A stretch of DNA of 64,000 nucleotides from Octopus vulgaris (GCA_951406725.2 OX597815.1:115940001-116004000); one strand, 5' to 3'; shown: positions 13,377 through 26,400, counted from the stretch's first letter. Numbers and translations are program-made. Notes: generated by a model from the sequence alone, not told the origin.

Positions 13377-15563
13377 AGATGCTCAAAATGTCTGGTAGTG
13401 TTGGCTATAGCCTAGTCACCCATATAGTTAATCAGGTGATACACAAAGGGGTCATACCCAATGACTGGTGTAGCAGTATAATAGTCAACTGCTACAAAGG
13501 TAAAGGTGATGCCCTAGATACAAATAACTACAGAGGTATCAAGCTGTTGGACCAGGTGATGAAGGTTACAGAGAGGGTCATAGCCCAACTAATTAGAGAG
13601 AGAGTTAGTTTAGATGAGATGCAGTTTGGGTTTGTGCCAGGGAAAAGTACTACTGATGCTATATTCCTGGTAAGGCAGCTGCAGGAGAAATACCTAGCCA
13701 AAGATAAGCCCCTGTACCTGGCTTTTGTTGACATGGAGAAAGCCTTCGACAGGGTCCCCGATCCCTTATCTGGTGGGCAATGAGAAAACTAGGGATAGAT
13801 GAATGGTTAGTGAGAGCTGTGCGGGCCATGTATAGGGACGCCGCTAGTAGGGTGAGGGTTGGAAATGAGTACAGTGAAGAATTCCGGGTAGAGGTAGGGG
13901 TCCACCAAGGCTCAGTACTCAGCCCCCTCCTATTTATCATAGTCCTCCAGGCAATAACGGAGGAATTCAAGACAGGATGCCCTTGGGAGCTCCTCTATGC
14001 TGATGACCTTGCTCTAATTGCTGAGTCGCTATCAGAACTGGAGGAGAAGTTTCAGGTGTGGAAACAAGGATTAGAATCGAAGGGCCTTAGAGTCAATCTA
14101 GCTAAAACCAAAGTCGTAATCAGTAGGAAGGTTGACAAATCACAAACACCTTCAGGTAGATGGCCCTGCTCGATCTGTAGAAAAGGTGTAGGTAGAAACT
14201 CTATAAGATGCACCAAGTGTAAGCTATGGACACATAAGAGATGCAGCAATGTCAAAGGAAGGCTAACTAGGAAGATGGTTTTTGTATGTGGCAGATGCTC
14301 AGGAACAATAAACACTGAAAATGCTCTGAGACCAACTTCTGTCACTTTCCAGGGAGAAAAACTAGAAATAGTTGATAGTTTCCGTTACCTAGGTGACCAA
14401 GTCAGCAGCGGGGCGGGTGTGCTGAAAGTGTAACTGCTAGAGTAAGAATAGCTTGGGCAAAGTTCAGAGAGCTCTTACCTCTGCTGGTGACAAAAGGCCT
14501 CTCGCACAGAGTGAAAGGCAGACTGTATGATGCGTGTGTACGAACAGCCATGCTACATGGCAGTGAAACATGGGCCGTGACTGCTGAGGATATGCGTAAG
14601 CTCGCTAGAAATGAAGCCAGTATGCTCCGATGGATGTGTAATGTCAGTACTCACACTCGGCAGAGTGTAAGTACCTTGAGAGAAAAGCTGGACCTAAGAA
14701 GCATCAGTTGTGGTGTGCAAGAGAGACGTTTGCGCTGGTATGGTCATGTGGCGAGAATGGATGAAGATAGTTGTGTGAAAAAGTGCCACGCCCTAGCGGT
14801 TGAGGGAACCTGTGGAAGAGGCAGACCCAGGAAAACCTGGGACGAGGTGGTGAAGCACGACCTTCGAACTTTAGGTCTCACTGAGGAAATGACTAGAGAC
14901 CGAGACCTCTGGAAGTGTGCTGTGCGCGAGAAGACCCGGCAGGACAAGTGAGTCCACAACCCGTGGCCTTCTACATGGGATGGAGCCAGCCTACGTATGC
15001 ATACCTTCCCTTCTTGGGACACAAAACTCTACTTGTGAAGACGTGTTGAGGCAAGTGAGGATCAGAATCGAAATCGATCAATGGAAATTGCGGATGTGCT
15101 ACCAGTGCCGGTGGCATGTCGAAACTCTGCTTGTGAAGACCCATTGAGGCAAGTGAGGATCAGAATCGAAATCGATCAATGGAAATCGATCAATGGAAAT
15201 TGCAGATGTGTTACCAGTGCCGGTGGCATGTAAGAGAACTTTCCGTTTCGCGACCGTTGCCAGCACCGCCCCGTTTCGTGTCCGTTGCCAGCCTCGCCTG
15301 GCCCTCGTGCCGGTGGCACATAAAAAGCACCATCCGTTCGTGGCCGTTTGCCAGCTCTGTCTGGCACCAGTGCGGGTGGCACGTAAAAAGCACCCACTAC
15401 ACTCACGGAGTGGTTGGCGTTAGGAAGGGCATCCAGCCGTAGAAACACTGCCAGATTTGACTGGGCCTGATGAAGCCTTCTGGCTTCACAGACCCCAGCA
15501 GAACCGTCCAACCCATGCTAGCATGGAAAACGGACGCTAAATGATGATGATGATGATGATGAT
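13377..15563 (+). mobile_element. Young 5'-truncated RTE-clade LINE (RT C-terminal part with PHD finger, 3' UTR, (ATG)n tail)
   Basis: RT motifs NYRGIKLL, QFGFVPGKSTTDAIF, AFVDMEKAFDRV, GVHQGSVLSPLLF, LLYADD, FRYLG, MLHGSETW, RLRWYGHV and GRGRPRKTW. There are no in-frame stops and only two 1-nt frameshifts. The 3' end is GCATGGAAAACGGACGCTAA(ATG)n. Confidence 0.96.
13379..14951 (+). pseudogene. RTE reverse transcriptase ORF (partial; frameshifts at ~13756-13759 and ~14410-14413)
   Basis: ORFs 13379-13783, 13780-14433 and 14487-14951 join into one frame if one C and one G are restored, giving DRVPRSLIWWAMRK and VSSGGGCAESVTARVRIAW. Confidence 0.93.
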
Positions 15564-17794
15564 AATATAGATATTTCTGGAGCAGCAAGTGAAGCAGGCA
15601 GTGATATGGAAAAAATGACCCAAGTATATGTTACATAGCAATGTTGTAGATGAAATGACAGGTGTTGCAGTGGGAGTGAGCAGGCTGGGGGTTGTAAGGA
15701 GTTAAAGCGCTATGGCCTGGAATGTTATCTAGATTTTGGTCATGTTTGAAGGAAGGAGAAGGTAGTCAGGAAAAATGTGAAAGTTATGGAGTTAGGTTGG
15801 AGGAGATTAAAGTGTTGCCACACCTATAGTCATGACCCCTGTGTACATATCACCTTCTTGTATGTTGTCTCATCTCATACTCTGTTATGCATGATTTTGC
15901 TCTGGCACTTCACTTAAATACAGACATAAACTTACCTTGCATTTCACATTCTGTGCATAAATATTTTCACTACTCTTTATTTTTTACCTCTTATGCTTGT
16001 CACATGTTTATTTTCTTTGTTCACTCTTCTGTGTCAAAACAGTTCTTGACTCTTATACTTCCTGTCTGTCATTCAGCATGGTGATTCAGTATCTTTGAAT
16101 CACCATCGTTTTCTCTTTCTTTTCCTCTTCTACTGTGTATTTTCCTCCTTAGCTTTGCTTTTGTCTCTCTTGTCCGTTAAATTTCTTAAACTATCAACAT
16201 TGACTGAATGTGGTAATTTTATATTCTTCTGTAATATCTGTTTAGTTATACACAAGCTGCAGAAAATATTTCTTCAGATTTTTTTTTATTAAGTGAAATA
16301 TATACTCATTCTATTTACTTACTTTTATTCTTGTCTCTTTATATTTTAGCATATTTTAGCTTGGTGGAGATATTTTAGTTTCACATTCCCTATAGAATGA
16401 AGTAAAATGGGAATTGTTTCCTTTTCTATAATTGAATAAATGAAATAAAACAAATAAATGCAGTGGCCCATCCCCATCTTTGTACTTGTTTAAAAGTACT
16501 GTTAATCTGAAATATATTTCTAATATGTATACATAGACATAAAAATAACATACAGGGTCTTTTCATACACCTCTTATTTTGTAAGGTAAAATATGCATTT
16601 GTTTGAAATCTGTCAATTTCTCCCACAGGTGGGAAAACAATAATGGCAGTTGAAACTCTTATAAATAAACAAATTATTGTATATTTTTTTTCGCTTGATA
16701 ACTCTTAGGATAAGTGTGAAAGAAAGAAAATGCCTAAGAATATACCAGTGAAATAGCTGGGTTTTAAACCAGTTAACTGCCAGACATTGTTTTCCCATAT
16801 GTCAGTTTAAATAAACAAATATTTCTGTTGTATACTTGTATACATGACAATCCACTGTGCTCCATCTCAGCTGCTACAAAGATGGAAAAACCTTCCTAAT
16901 TCTGATTTTCCAAATATTATTGTTTCTTGGGGATGACTATATATTTGTTTAAGACTATATATTTGTTTAAGTGATTATAATAGGATTAAGTACATATGCA
17001 TGTACAATATTTAACATATTTATGTACATTTGAACGTGGAAAACCTTATGCTGCAGAAATAGTCTTGGGAGAAAGTTCTCGTAGAAATTATATGTAAAAA
17101 TAGATTGGGCCGTAAATAACCTCAGCAGATCATGGAATGTATGTATTTTTGTATTGTTACATGTCGTTAGACATGAATACTGAATTTGTTGTTCACAGCT
17201 CCATCAGAACAATAATTTTGATATTTAAGAACAGCAAATGATAAATTTGCTTGGTCAGGCTGAAATTAATTAGTCACACAGCAGTTTTGAAGAAAATATA
17301 GCATGTTTTCAAATTCTCTGTTTATAGAAACAGTGTAGTCTCCATGCAGTTGAGAAGTGGGTTTAGATAAGATTTCTGAAGCATATGAAAACAAAGGACG
17401 TAACCCCAGCAAGTAGTGAAAAAAGTGCAGCCAGGATGGCAACCTTGCAAGAATTGACTGTCGATAAGAAATTCTCAAAGTTTAAACAAAAGATGTGCCT
17501 GCATATAATTATAAAAGAACATGCAATAAGCTAGATGAGCTTTTCAGAACATTATTTAGAATCATTACATATGCTCTCAAAAACCCTTTGCATATTATTC
17601 CTTACTTGATATACTTTTATTGGAGAAAATAAAGGAATATGAAACTTATTCTACATTAATAAACTCCTATCATCATCATCATTTAACGTCCGTTCTCCAT
17701 TTACAAAAATCTTGTACTTTTGTAAGGTTCCAAAAATCATAGTTTTAATGTAAAATATAACAGTATTCCCATAGCTTATTACTGTAGTCATTGT

Positions 17795-17940
17795 TACTTA
17801 GTCCCAGCTAATACTATTCCATCTTTTTAGTGTATCAAAGACCACAGTATCTAATGTGCCTTTCCCTTTTTTAAGGTGGTAGGGTGTAATCTAAGGGAAA
17901 TTTGGCTGCTATTTCTAGCAAATCCTAGTGACCATGTAAA
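17795..17940 (+). repeat. Unclassified interspersed repeat (GGAAATTTGGCTGCTATTTCTAGC family)
   Basis: Related copies at ~49367-49450 (-), ~51720-51905 (-) and ~54105-54160 (+). Confidence 0.6.
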
Positions 17941-19699
17941 TGCACTTTCTTTGATTTGCTAATTACCATAGGGTTGAACAGTGAAGTAGAGCTGAACATT
18001 TAATTTCAGAGTGTTTCAAGCTGAACCCTCTCTCTAATAGAAGCTATCTAATATACATGATCTTTTCTTCCCACATATTAGATGAATCAATGAATCAATC
18101 CTGTTCATACAAATCAATCTGGTTCTGAATATATTTGATTACAGTGGACATTTTATAATCATTGTTTATTTTAAGACTAGAATTAGGCAGGTTTTAACAA
18201 TCAGTTGCTTATAAATTGTTTTCAAGCACTGTTATTTATTTAGTATTTCATTTTACATTTTTAAGAATTTATTTCAATTTTATAATCTATTCACTGCAGA
18301 TTTATTTTTCCAAATCTTTTGTAAGAATAGTTTAAAATAGCACAACCAATTGCTTGTAAAGATTTCCAATAATGGTGATGTTTCAATAGCTCTGTGGGTG
18401 GCATTGCTGCAAGTGCAAGAAATTCTACTGCTGAATTTGATCTGCAGGTGAAAGTGATTCTAATCATACTCTTCTTAGTAGTATATGGGAACTCTATCTA
18501 AATCAAAACTTAACTGTTTATCTGTTTGCCATTTGTACACATCTATTGATTTTCATACAGATTAAAAAAAAAGATGAAACCAAAGGAAAAAACCCTACCA
18601 AAATAAAGATGAACAATAGATGCTATTCTGTTGCAGCTTTGCTGTTTAGTGGTCTTCTTTTTAATAGATTTTAGGAGAGTGAAGGCTGATAAAACTATCT
18701 TAAACTGGTAAATTCTTTTATATTCATTGATCTTGTGGATGAGTCCGCTAAACAAAAAAAAAAAAAAAAAAAAAAATATAGATAGCATTTATAAAATTTA
18801 GTTGTACATGAGCAGCATCTTTTTAAGTGCATTTTTTATGTATATATAGCTATAATTTTATCAATTGATATTGGAAGAAAATTAGTAGGTGTTTAGAGTT
18901 CACTTCAGTTTTAAAATGTTCCTTTCTTAATGCCTGTTGAATTGGCAAAGATAAATGTTCCCTTGTAATTTGTAGTAATAACTGATGTTTATTGCTTAAG
19001 ACAAGAGAAGCATACTTTAAACATTGACTTGTATGTGGGGGCAGAGATTCAGTTTTCTATTGTGTATGTGCCAGTATCCATAGGTGTGTGTGTGTGTGTG
19101 TATGTATGTGCTTGTTTCTGTGTGAGAACTTGTGTTTGCATCTGCGAATGTATGTTTGTATGATGTCTGAAGGTAGATATAGGTGCATGCTTGTTTGGTA
19201 TGTACCTGTTATATGTATAATATATACATATATATGTGTGTGTGTATGTGTACACGCATATGGACATTAATTGATGATGTGCATTTGCATTCATTATTTG
19301 TATTTTCTCAAATTATTTTTTATAGTTAGAGCAGGGTAAGTGGCTGACCTTCAAAGATTGGTGAGGTTGATGCAGTTAATGCTCAGTTTGAACATCTGTA
19401 AGTGAATAATTGCAAGGAAAGTGTGTGTAGGAGGGGAATTCTAAAGGAATTGTGAGCATTCTTGGATGTTAGGATCAGCTAGGGCATAGTGGTTAGTGCA
19501 GAACCTGAAAGTGTAGAGCAGTTTAGATAATGAGAGAAGGAGATCTGTATTGGGAGAGCTTTAGTGGTATGTGATTAACTAGATTTAAAGTGTAGCAACC
19601 CTCAAAGGGTATTGGTGAGTGAGTTTTTGCTAATCAGTTGGATGATCTTTTCACATTAAAAAATTTTTTTTTCTTTTTAGAGATGCTTATATATGAAGG

Positions 19700-21560
19700 G
19701 AGGAATGAAGTGATGGTGTTTGCATTGAAGTGCACATTGTTAGAGCTAAAAGAAAGTAAATAATGTACAAAAGAAAGTATATGAGAAATATAATTGAATC
19801 TTAGGGCATATCACAGTTGATATTCTGGTTTCTTCAGTGCACTGCAATGGTATTATCTGCCAGGAAGCTTCTGGCATAAGAGATAGATTGAGCTTATAGG
19901 CAAACAGTTTGGATAGGAGATTCTTGTGCTTGACATCATATACTCTAATGCGAAGTGAAACATTGTTTTTACTAAATTTTCTGTGGGTGAGGGACCACTG
20001 GTAAATAGTACAGAAGAGCAGCTCCTTGATAGATTTGGCTATGGAAACCAAACTAGTGATCACTGAAGAAGTGTTAATGATTCTTTTCATCAGTTTTAAA
20101 TTCTTGGTGAGAGCTGTATATTGAAGGTTGCCATTTCTTGGAAATGGTGGACACACTGTCTTATATGTCCTGTAGAGACTGAAAATTTTGGCAAGAATAT
20201 TGGTTATCTCTGAGTGCACCCAGAGGTTAATGTCAGAGACATCATGAGAATGAGGGCTTCATTGGTTCAAAGTGACTAATTGTTTTGCACTCACTATATG
20301 TATATATAATATGTAACTGGTGGAAGGATGGAAATTTTTTGCCAAGTCTGGGTAGGGAATTGGATATGAATGTGACAGCTTTCTCCAAGGGAATATTGCA
20401 TATAGAGCCGTCATGGTTGAAGAGTGGTCCGTAGGAGATTTCTGCAAAGTTGGCAAAAATATTTTTGGCAAGGGACAAAAAAGACTTTTGAACCTGGGGA
20501 AACTTTCAAGTAATCTTGCAATTCTGACAGTAGGTAGGTCATTTTTTTCTCCCTAGATGTTGTAGGCTATGTTCTTTGCTTGAACTCTTCAGTGCAACAA
20601 TGTATGAATCACTTGGAGAATTTAAAGTTATAAATTTTTGATTGAGCACAGGATGTGAAGGAACATTGTTATGAGGATGGTTTCAAGCACCTGCTTTAAT
20701 GTCTTGGATGAGTTTGGGGTAAAGCAGATTTACTTTCAGGAATAATTAGCATAGAACTTGCAGGACTCTAACCAGTTAGTTCACTTGGAGTCCTATAAAA
20801 TTATGGAGATAGGGATTGTTCAAGTAATTTGTAGATGTGTTGTGGGCAGCTGTGATTAGACTGATCAGAATGATCTTATTGATACAGAGAAAGTTTAGTA
20901 ACAGCTAGTTTCATAAGTGAAAAAGATATTAAGAGTGTTTGTGTATTAGCCAAGGACGCTTGTAGTTGAAGGTACTAACTGTTACTGAGTTTTCAAGATT
21001 GCAAGCAATTTGGTATCTGCAACATTGTCAGTATGAAACAAGATAGAACCATTACAGGCCATGAATTCTGAAATCTGTGAGGACAATGATCTTAGAGAGG
21101 GCTAAAGTGAGATAGACGTTCTCAGTGTAAAATGAGAGATGGTCAAATAGTTTTTGGTAGTTGGAGGAGAGCAGTAGAGAATGAATGTGGATTACAAAAA
21201 ATTAAGCAGAGTGACATTGAGCAAGGGTCCTGACTGCTGATATCGAGTTGAAGTAAGTGGTGGGGGAAATATATTACTTATATTGAAAATCAACTTTGAG
21301 TGGAGTTGGAATACTGAATATTGCTTGGATAACAAAGACAGCTTAGAGATATCAGATGAGATTTGTGTCTTGGAAAAGAACAGGATGTGTGGTTTATGTG
21401 TTAGTAGGAGGTAATGGGTGGGGCCCTGGTTAGAATTGTTCAGTAGAGTCAATGATGTTTCTTTGACATTTTCAGTTGCTTTTTGCTTGGTCTTGTTTGG
21501 TTGTGATACTGGAAGAAATATCTTTTCAGTAAGTAGCCTAGCTGGATGTCAGTGGCCAAG
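19700..21560 (-). mobile_element. Highly degenerate APE-type LINE (clade uncertain)
   Basis: Minus-strand fragments in EN-linker-RT order: HYLLLTHKPHILFFSKTQIS (EN start), FDHLS, SDH, SLAKNIFANFAEISYGPLFNHDGS...EKA, then EITNILAKIF. Heavily disrupted. Confidence 0.6.
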
Positions 21561-21734
21561 AGTAGGCTTTTTGACAACCTATGATATTTACATTTTATAA
21601 TTATGAACCAAACATTCATCAACATTAATTTCTTTGTCTTCATATTAGCAACATTTTAAACCTTCAGTGTTATTAAACTTTCATCTTGAATGTGATTTTA
21701 CATTAGATTAAAAATAAAATATAGCACTTCAAGA

Positions 21735-22060
21735 TAGGAAATATATGGTTTAGTTCCACTATTCACTACCTTGGGCAAATATCATTCATTATCATTCTCG
21801 GGCAACAAATGCTTTATGAATGAATTTGGTTGACAGAAACTGTGTGGTAGCCCATAGTGTGTGTGTGTAAAACTTTGTATTTGTTTCTCCCTTCTTGACA
21901 GACATTGTTTTGTTTGTGTCACTGTAACTTAGCACTTTGTCAAAAAGAGACCAATAGAATAAGTACCTGTACTTAACATACTGGAATTGATATGTTCAAA
22001 TCAACTGAACTGTTCAAGACAATACCTCAGCATTCCTACAATCATAAGAATAAAAGAAAC
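21735..22060 (+). mobile_element. Degenerate family A SINE
   Basis: GGTTTAGTTCCAC...ACCTTGGGCAAAT...GTAACTTAGC...AAAAAGAGACCAATAGAATAAGTAC. Confidence 0.7.
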
Positions 22061-22477
22061 AAACCTTGAAAGGATAAGTACATAACTTTTACAAATTCAT
22101 AAGTAAATCACTTCAGCATATTACAATGTTACTGGAATATATAAATAACTTAAATGAAATATACAAGTCCATTGGGTAATTTCTAAATATTGGTATAACT
22201 AATTGCACAATGTTAATTTATGCCCATATTAGTACATTATCAGTTTCTTATTGCTACATGAAAATTATATGCATTTTATTTTTATATTGAAAATTGGGGC
22301 ACTCTAAGAAATTTTGGAATATATAAGTAGCTAGAATATTCCATTGGACTTGGTCTGCTGAGTTGGATTCTACTAATTAAACTGATGCTTAAATTGTTGC
22401 ATATGTTTTAGGTTTGTGGGTGTGTGTATGTGTGTGTATATATATATACATATACATATACATATATTTCAATGTGA

Positions 22478-22795
22478 GGATGCGTGGCTTAGTGGTTAGG
22501 GCATTCAGTTCATGATTATAAGGTCATGAGTTCAATTCCCAGTGATGCATTGTGTGCTTGAGCAAGACACTTTGTTTCACATTGCTCCAGTCTACTCAGC
22601 TGGTATAAAAATGAGTAGTACTTGTATTTCAAAGGGCCAGTCTTGTCACACTCTGTGTCATGCTGAATCTCCCTGAGAACTACATTAAGGGTACATGTGT
22701 CTGTGGAGTGCTCAGTCACTTGCACGTTAATTTCACGAGCAAGCTGTTCCGTTGATTGTATCAGCTGGGACCCTTGTTGTAACTGACGAAGTCCT
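22478..22795 (+). mobile_element. tRNA-derived SINE (family D-related head, different body)
   Basis: A box TGGCTTAGTGG, B box GAGTTCAATTCCC, then TTGAGCAAGACACTTTGTTTCACATTGCTCCAG. Confidence 0.82.
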
Positions 22796-23079
22796 CCATA
22801 TATATTTCAATACAGGGCAAATAATTCACAAAAAAATAAAAAAATCCACGGCAAAAATAATTTGTGAAGATGTCATTGACTCTGTTATCTTGTGTAACAA
22901 TTTAAAAGTGATAACAGAATCAACATAAGTGACTGCAAAAAAGCATTAAATAGCAGAAAGATTAAAATTAATCAAAGGACATACTAAGTATGTCTACCTG
23001 CTGGAAATAAGTCAAAACTCTTATTTAAGTCACCAAAGTACACTTGATAATAACTACAGAAAGTGATATACGCACACAC

Positions 23080-23082
<3 letters not shown>

Positions 23083-23128
<46 letters not shown>
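23083..23128. repeat. (TA)n microsatellite
   Basis: Direct run. Confidence 0.95.
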
Positions 23129-23132
<4 letters not shown>

Positions 23133-23192
23133 ATATTCCGGAATGGTCATATTGCCAGTTTAGCCAATAAAAACACATATTTAAACGTATAT

Positions 23193-23427
23193 TTTTTTTT
23201 TTTTTTTTTTTTTTTATACTTGTTTCAGTCATTTGACTGCGGCCATGCTGGAGCACCGCCTTTTAGAGTGGTGAAAGAGTACAGCAGGGATCACCACCTC
23301 CTGCCGGAGCCTCGTGGAGCTTTTAGGTGTTTTTTTCGCTCAATAAACACACACAACGCCCGGTCTGGGAATCGAAACCGCGTTCCTCCGACCGCAAGTC
23401 CGCTGCCCTAACCACTAGGCCATTGCG
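23193..23427 (-). mobile_element. Short, CpG-rich tRNA-derived SINE with family A tail and poly(A)
   Basis: Minus-strand head CGCAATGGCCTAGTGGTTAGGGCAGCGGAC...GGTTTCGATTCCC, then tail AAAGGCGGTGCTCCAGCATGGCCGCAGTCAAATGACTGAAACAAG and an A-tail. Confidence 0.85.
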
Positions 23428-26400
23428 ATATATATATATCACTTTCTTTTTCTGTATAGTAGTAGATATATCTAATCTTTCTTAAGTTGAGGTAAATAGA
23501 GGAACATGTCACGTCAACCCCTCAAATAATACACTGAACATGACAAGGACAGGTCTTATGGGGTTAAAAAGCCAATATCCTAGTTACTGGGCTGCTGCAC
23601 CTTGCTCCAGCTATCTTTTTCTTCTTAGAGCATGGATTTGTATGCTACTATTTTGGGTTCATGATACATTACTTGTTACAAGGCTATTGCAACTGACAAT
23701 GGAGACTTTTAATTTCTATTTACACATTTTTGATATTCCTAAGTACGCACTTGTGACCCAACACATGAAAATGAATCCTTTTCTGCTGAAATTCTTGTTT
23801 TATATCTTGTCCATCTTCTAAAATGTGATTTCTATAAATTGTATACAACATTTATATTTGAATAGTTTACTGTACTAATGTTGAGAATTTCAGTCAATAA
23901 TTGTTAAAGACAGCAAGCTAGTTTTTCATGACTTGTGTTACTATTCTGGAAGAGCGATTAGTTATTTAATAAGAATTATAATAGTCATCAATGACACTTA
24001 ACAGAACAAGAATCCTTTCAAATTCATTGATATAGAAAATCATGTTTTTTAAAACTTGTACTTTTCAAGGAAATGTTGTTTAAAATCCCCTATCACTCAC
24101 TAGTTATTATCACTGCTGTTAGAGTATTTAACAGCAGTGAGTATATAAGAGAGACATGGGAATGTATGTTTTTACTAGTACATGGTACAAGTCTATAGTT
24201 ATGTTTATAATCAGTCTTTGTTTTTAGTAGACAGAAAATTTCAGTTTTCACTATCAATGGCATTTTTTCCTGCAGATGGACAGAATTATGCTAGGTGGCT
24301 TCTCTAGAGGAAATCAATTCTCATGACATTGCTTGATTTTATTTTTTTACAGCAGGTTGCTAACTTGTCTTTCTGTTAGGACTGAGATGGAATTAACTTT
24401 CCAATTATTTTCTGTGGCTTCCTATGAACAATTAGCCTGTGTTTCCTACAATAAATTTTGTTGTCAATTTTGATTATTGCTTTTAGTGTTCCTAAATATT
24501 ATTTTCTGTAATACCCAGAGCAGTTGTCTGCCATGCTCAATTGTTAATTATCAGATTACATTAAAATAATCTTGTTCGACTACTTGCGAACATATAAGAA
24601 ATTCTCTCTTATGTACTATTTTCTTACACAAATGTTTTTATTATGAGAATGAGTTTTTTCTTTTATTTTAGAAGTGAGAAAGGGACAAAGGCCAAACTGC
24701 TTAATGAAAGGTGATGAGTTGGTTTCAAGAAAATAGTCTTTGATTGAAACTATCAACTAGAAGTGTACACTGAGTAGCATGAAATCTGTTAAAATAAAAT
24801 TTTCAGTGTTCAGCCTCACATGATAAATACGTTTCCTTGAGCTTAAATTTTCAGAAATAACCCAACTTCTAGTTACCATGAGCCCTTATTACTAAGTTAC
24901 ACACACCTGCTCCTCTATGTTAATCATCTTGCAAATAACATGATTTTTATATTGCTGGTCTCACAAATAAACTATAAATGTAATCAATGCTGGTTGTTCA
25001 TTTTGAGATCTTAAGGAGCAGGTGTATGATCAATCAACCATTAATATAACTGTATTTGTTTATAAACTTGTTGCATTATCTAATATGTATGGATTGCATG
25101 TGGTAAATTTCTATATAATAATAATTAAAAAAAAAATCAAATCTAATGAAAGGTGTTTCTCTTTCTAACATAATTATAGCTGTTTATTATAAAAGGAATC
25201 AGTTGAATTAAAAAAAAAAAAATCATGGCTAAATTCTTTCTTTTGAAAAAAATCCAAACTCGTAATCAGAGTTGATTTAAATTGAAGAATGCTTTATCAA
25301 AGGGCCTGGAACTATTCATACTTTTCTAAAGCATGCGCTTCCTTTTTACTGAATGGATGTAATTGATAAAAGAATTTTATTTAAAGAAAGAGAGAGCGGT
25401 ATTTTAATTTAATTTTCCCTGAACTTTAATACATACAGCTTTCTTGAATTAAACATTAATGTAAATACAAATATTGCAATATCTGCTATGAATAATTCTA
25501 TTTTAATTATCATCTCTTGAAAAAAATCTGTGTGTGAGTGTAAATGTCTATTGTACACATGCAGAGTTCTGTATGGTGTACTGCGTTTCATGCAACAAAA
25601 ATAGTAATATCTGAATGGAGGAGCTTCAGTGATTTTAACACTCGGTATTTGATCTGCTGGAGGCAAACATTAGAGTCAGTAGTTGCCATGGTTAATTTCA
25701 AAGGTTTCAGAAAAAGTCAAGAAATGAATTAAATGATGAAAAAATTGTAAGGAAAGGTTTTGACTCTATTAGAAAGTGTCACAAAGCCAATGAATTGGTT
25801 GATTTGACAACTGATCTCTGTGTATTTGTGTGTTGTATCCATTTTCATTCCCTCTTGTATATGTATATATTGGTTAACTGTTCTTTCTCGCAATCTTGCT
25901 GTACTAAATCAATCTCAATAGCCATCTAATATATAGTGAATGTGCTGTTGTGGTAGTGGTGGAAATTATTAGTTTAGTAAGTTTTTATTTCTGTAAGTAT
26001 TATTAACACTGAAGAAAGAAAGAAAATAGATATTGAAAAACGTGACACACAATTGTTAGAGATATAATAACCTGACATAACAGGATCTAAGAAGTCATTT
26101 GATATGACATATTAAATCATTGCAATTGTGCACAGTTTGAATACTTATACAGTCTCATGGTTATGTATATTGTACTATTAGGTTACAATTAGAGAAGTAG
26201 CTGGCTCGGGTTCATTTTAGTGCATATATTCAGTTGATATTTGCCTCAAACTTAGTTTTCTCTTGAACAAATGTGTGACACAAAAGATGGTTTATTGAAT
26301 TGATTTCAATAAAAGTACTGTATTTTTATATTTTGTCAAGTGTCAAAAGAATGTTAAGCAAAGTTTAAACTTGCTGTTACTGGAACATGTAGTAATGAAC

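Noticed and set aside
15466-15492. CTGATGA-AGCC-TTCT-GGCT hammerhead-like start in the RTE tail
   Set aside because: No GAAA follows the stem, and the sister copy has CTGCTGCAGCC at this position.
16935-16970. Perfect 18-bp tandem duplication
   Set aside because: Ordinary local slippage with no further structure.
17384-17533. Short ORF MKTKDVTPASSEKSAARMATLQEL...
   Set aside because: No recognisable homology and no convincing splice donor.
23355-23427. tRNA gene candidate
   Set aside because: No proper acceptor stem or Pol III terminator; it continues into a SINE body and tail.
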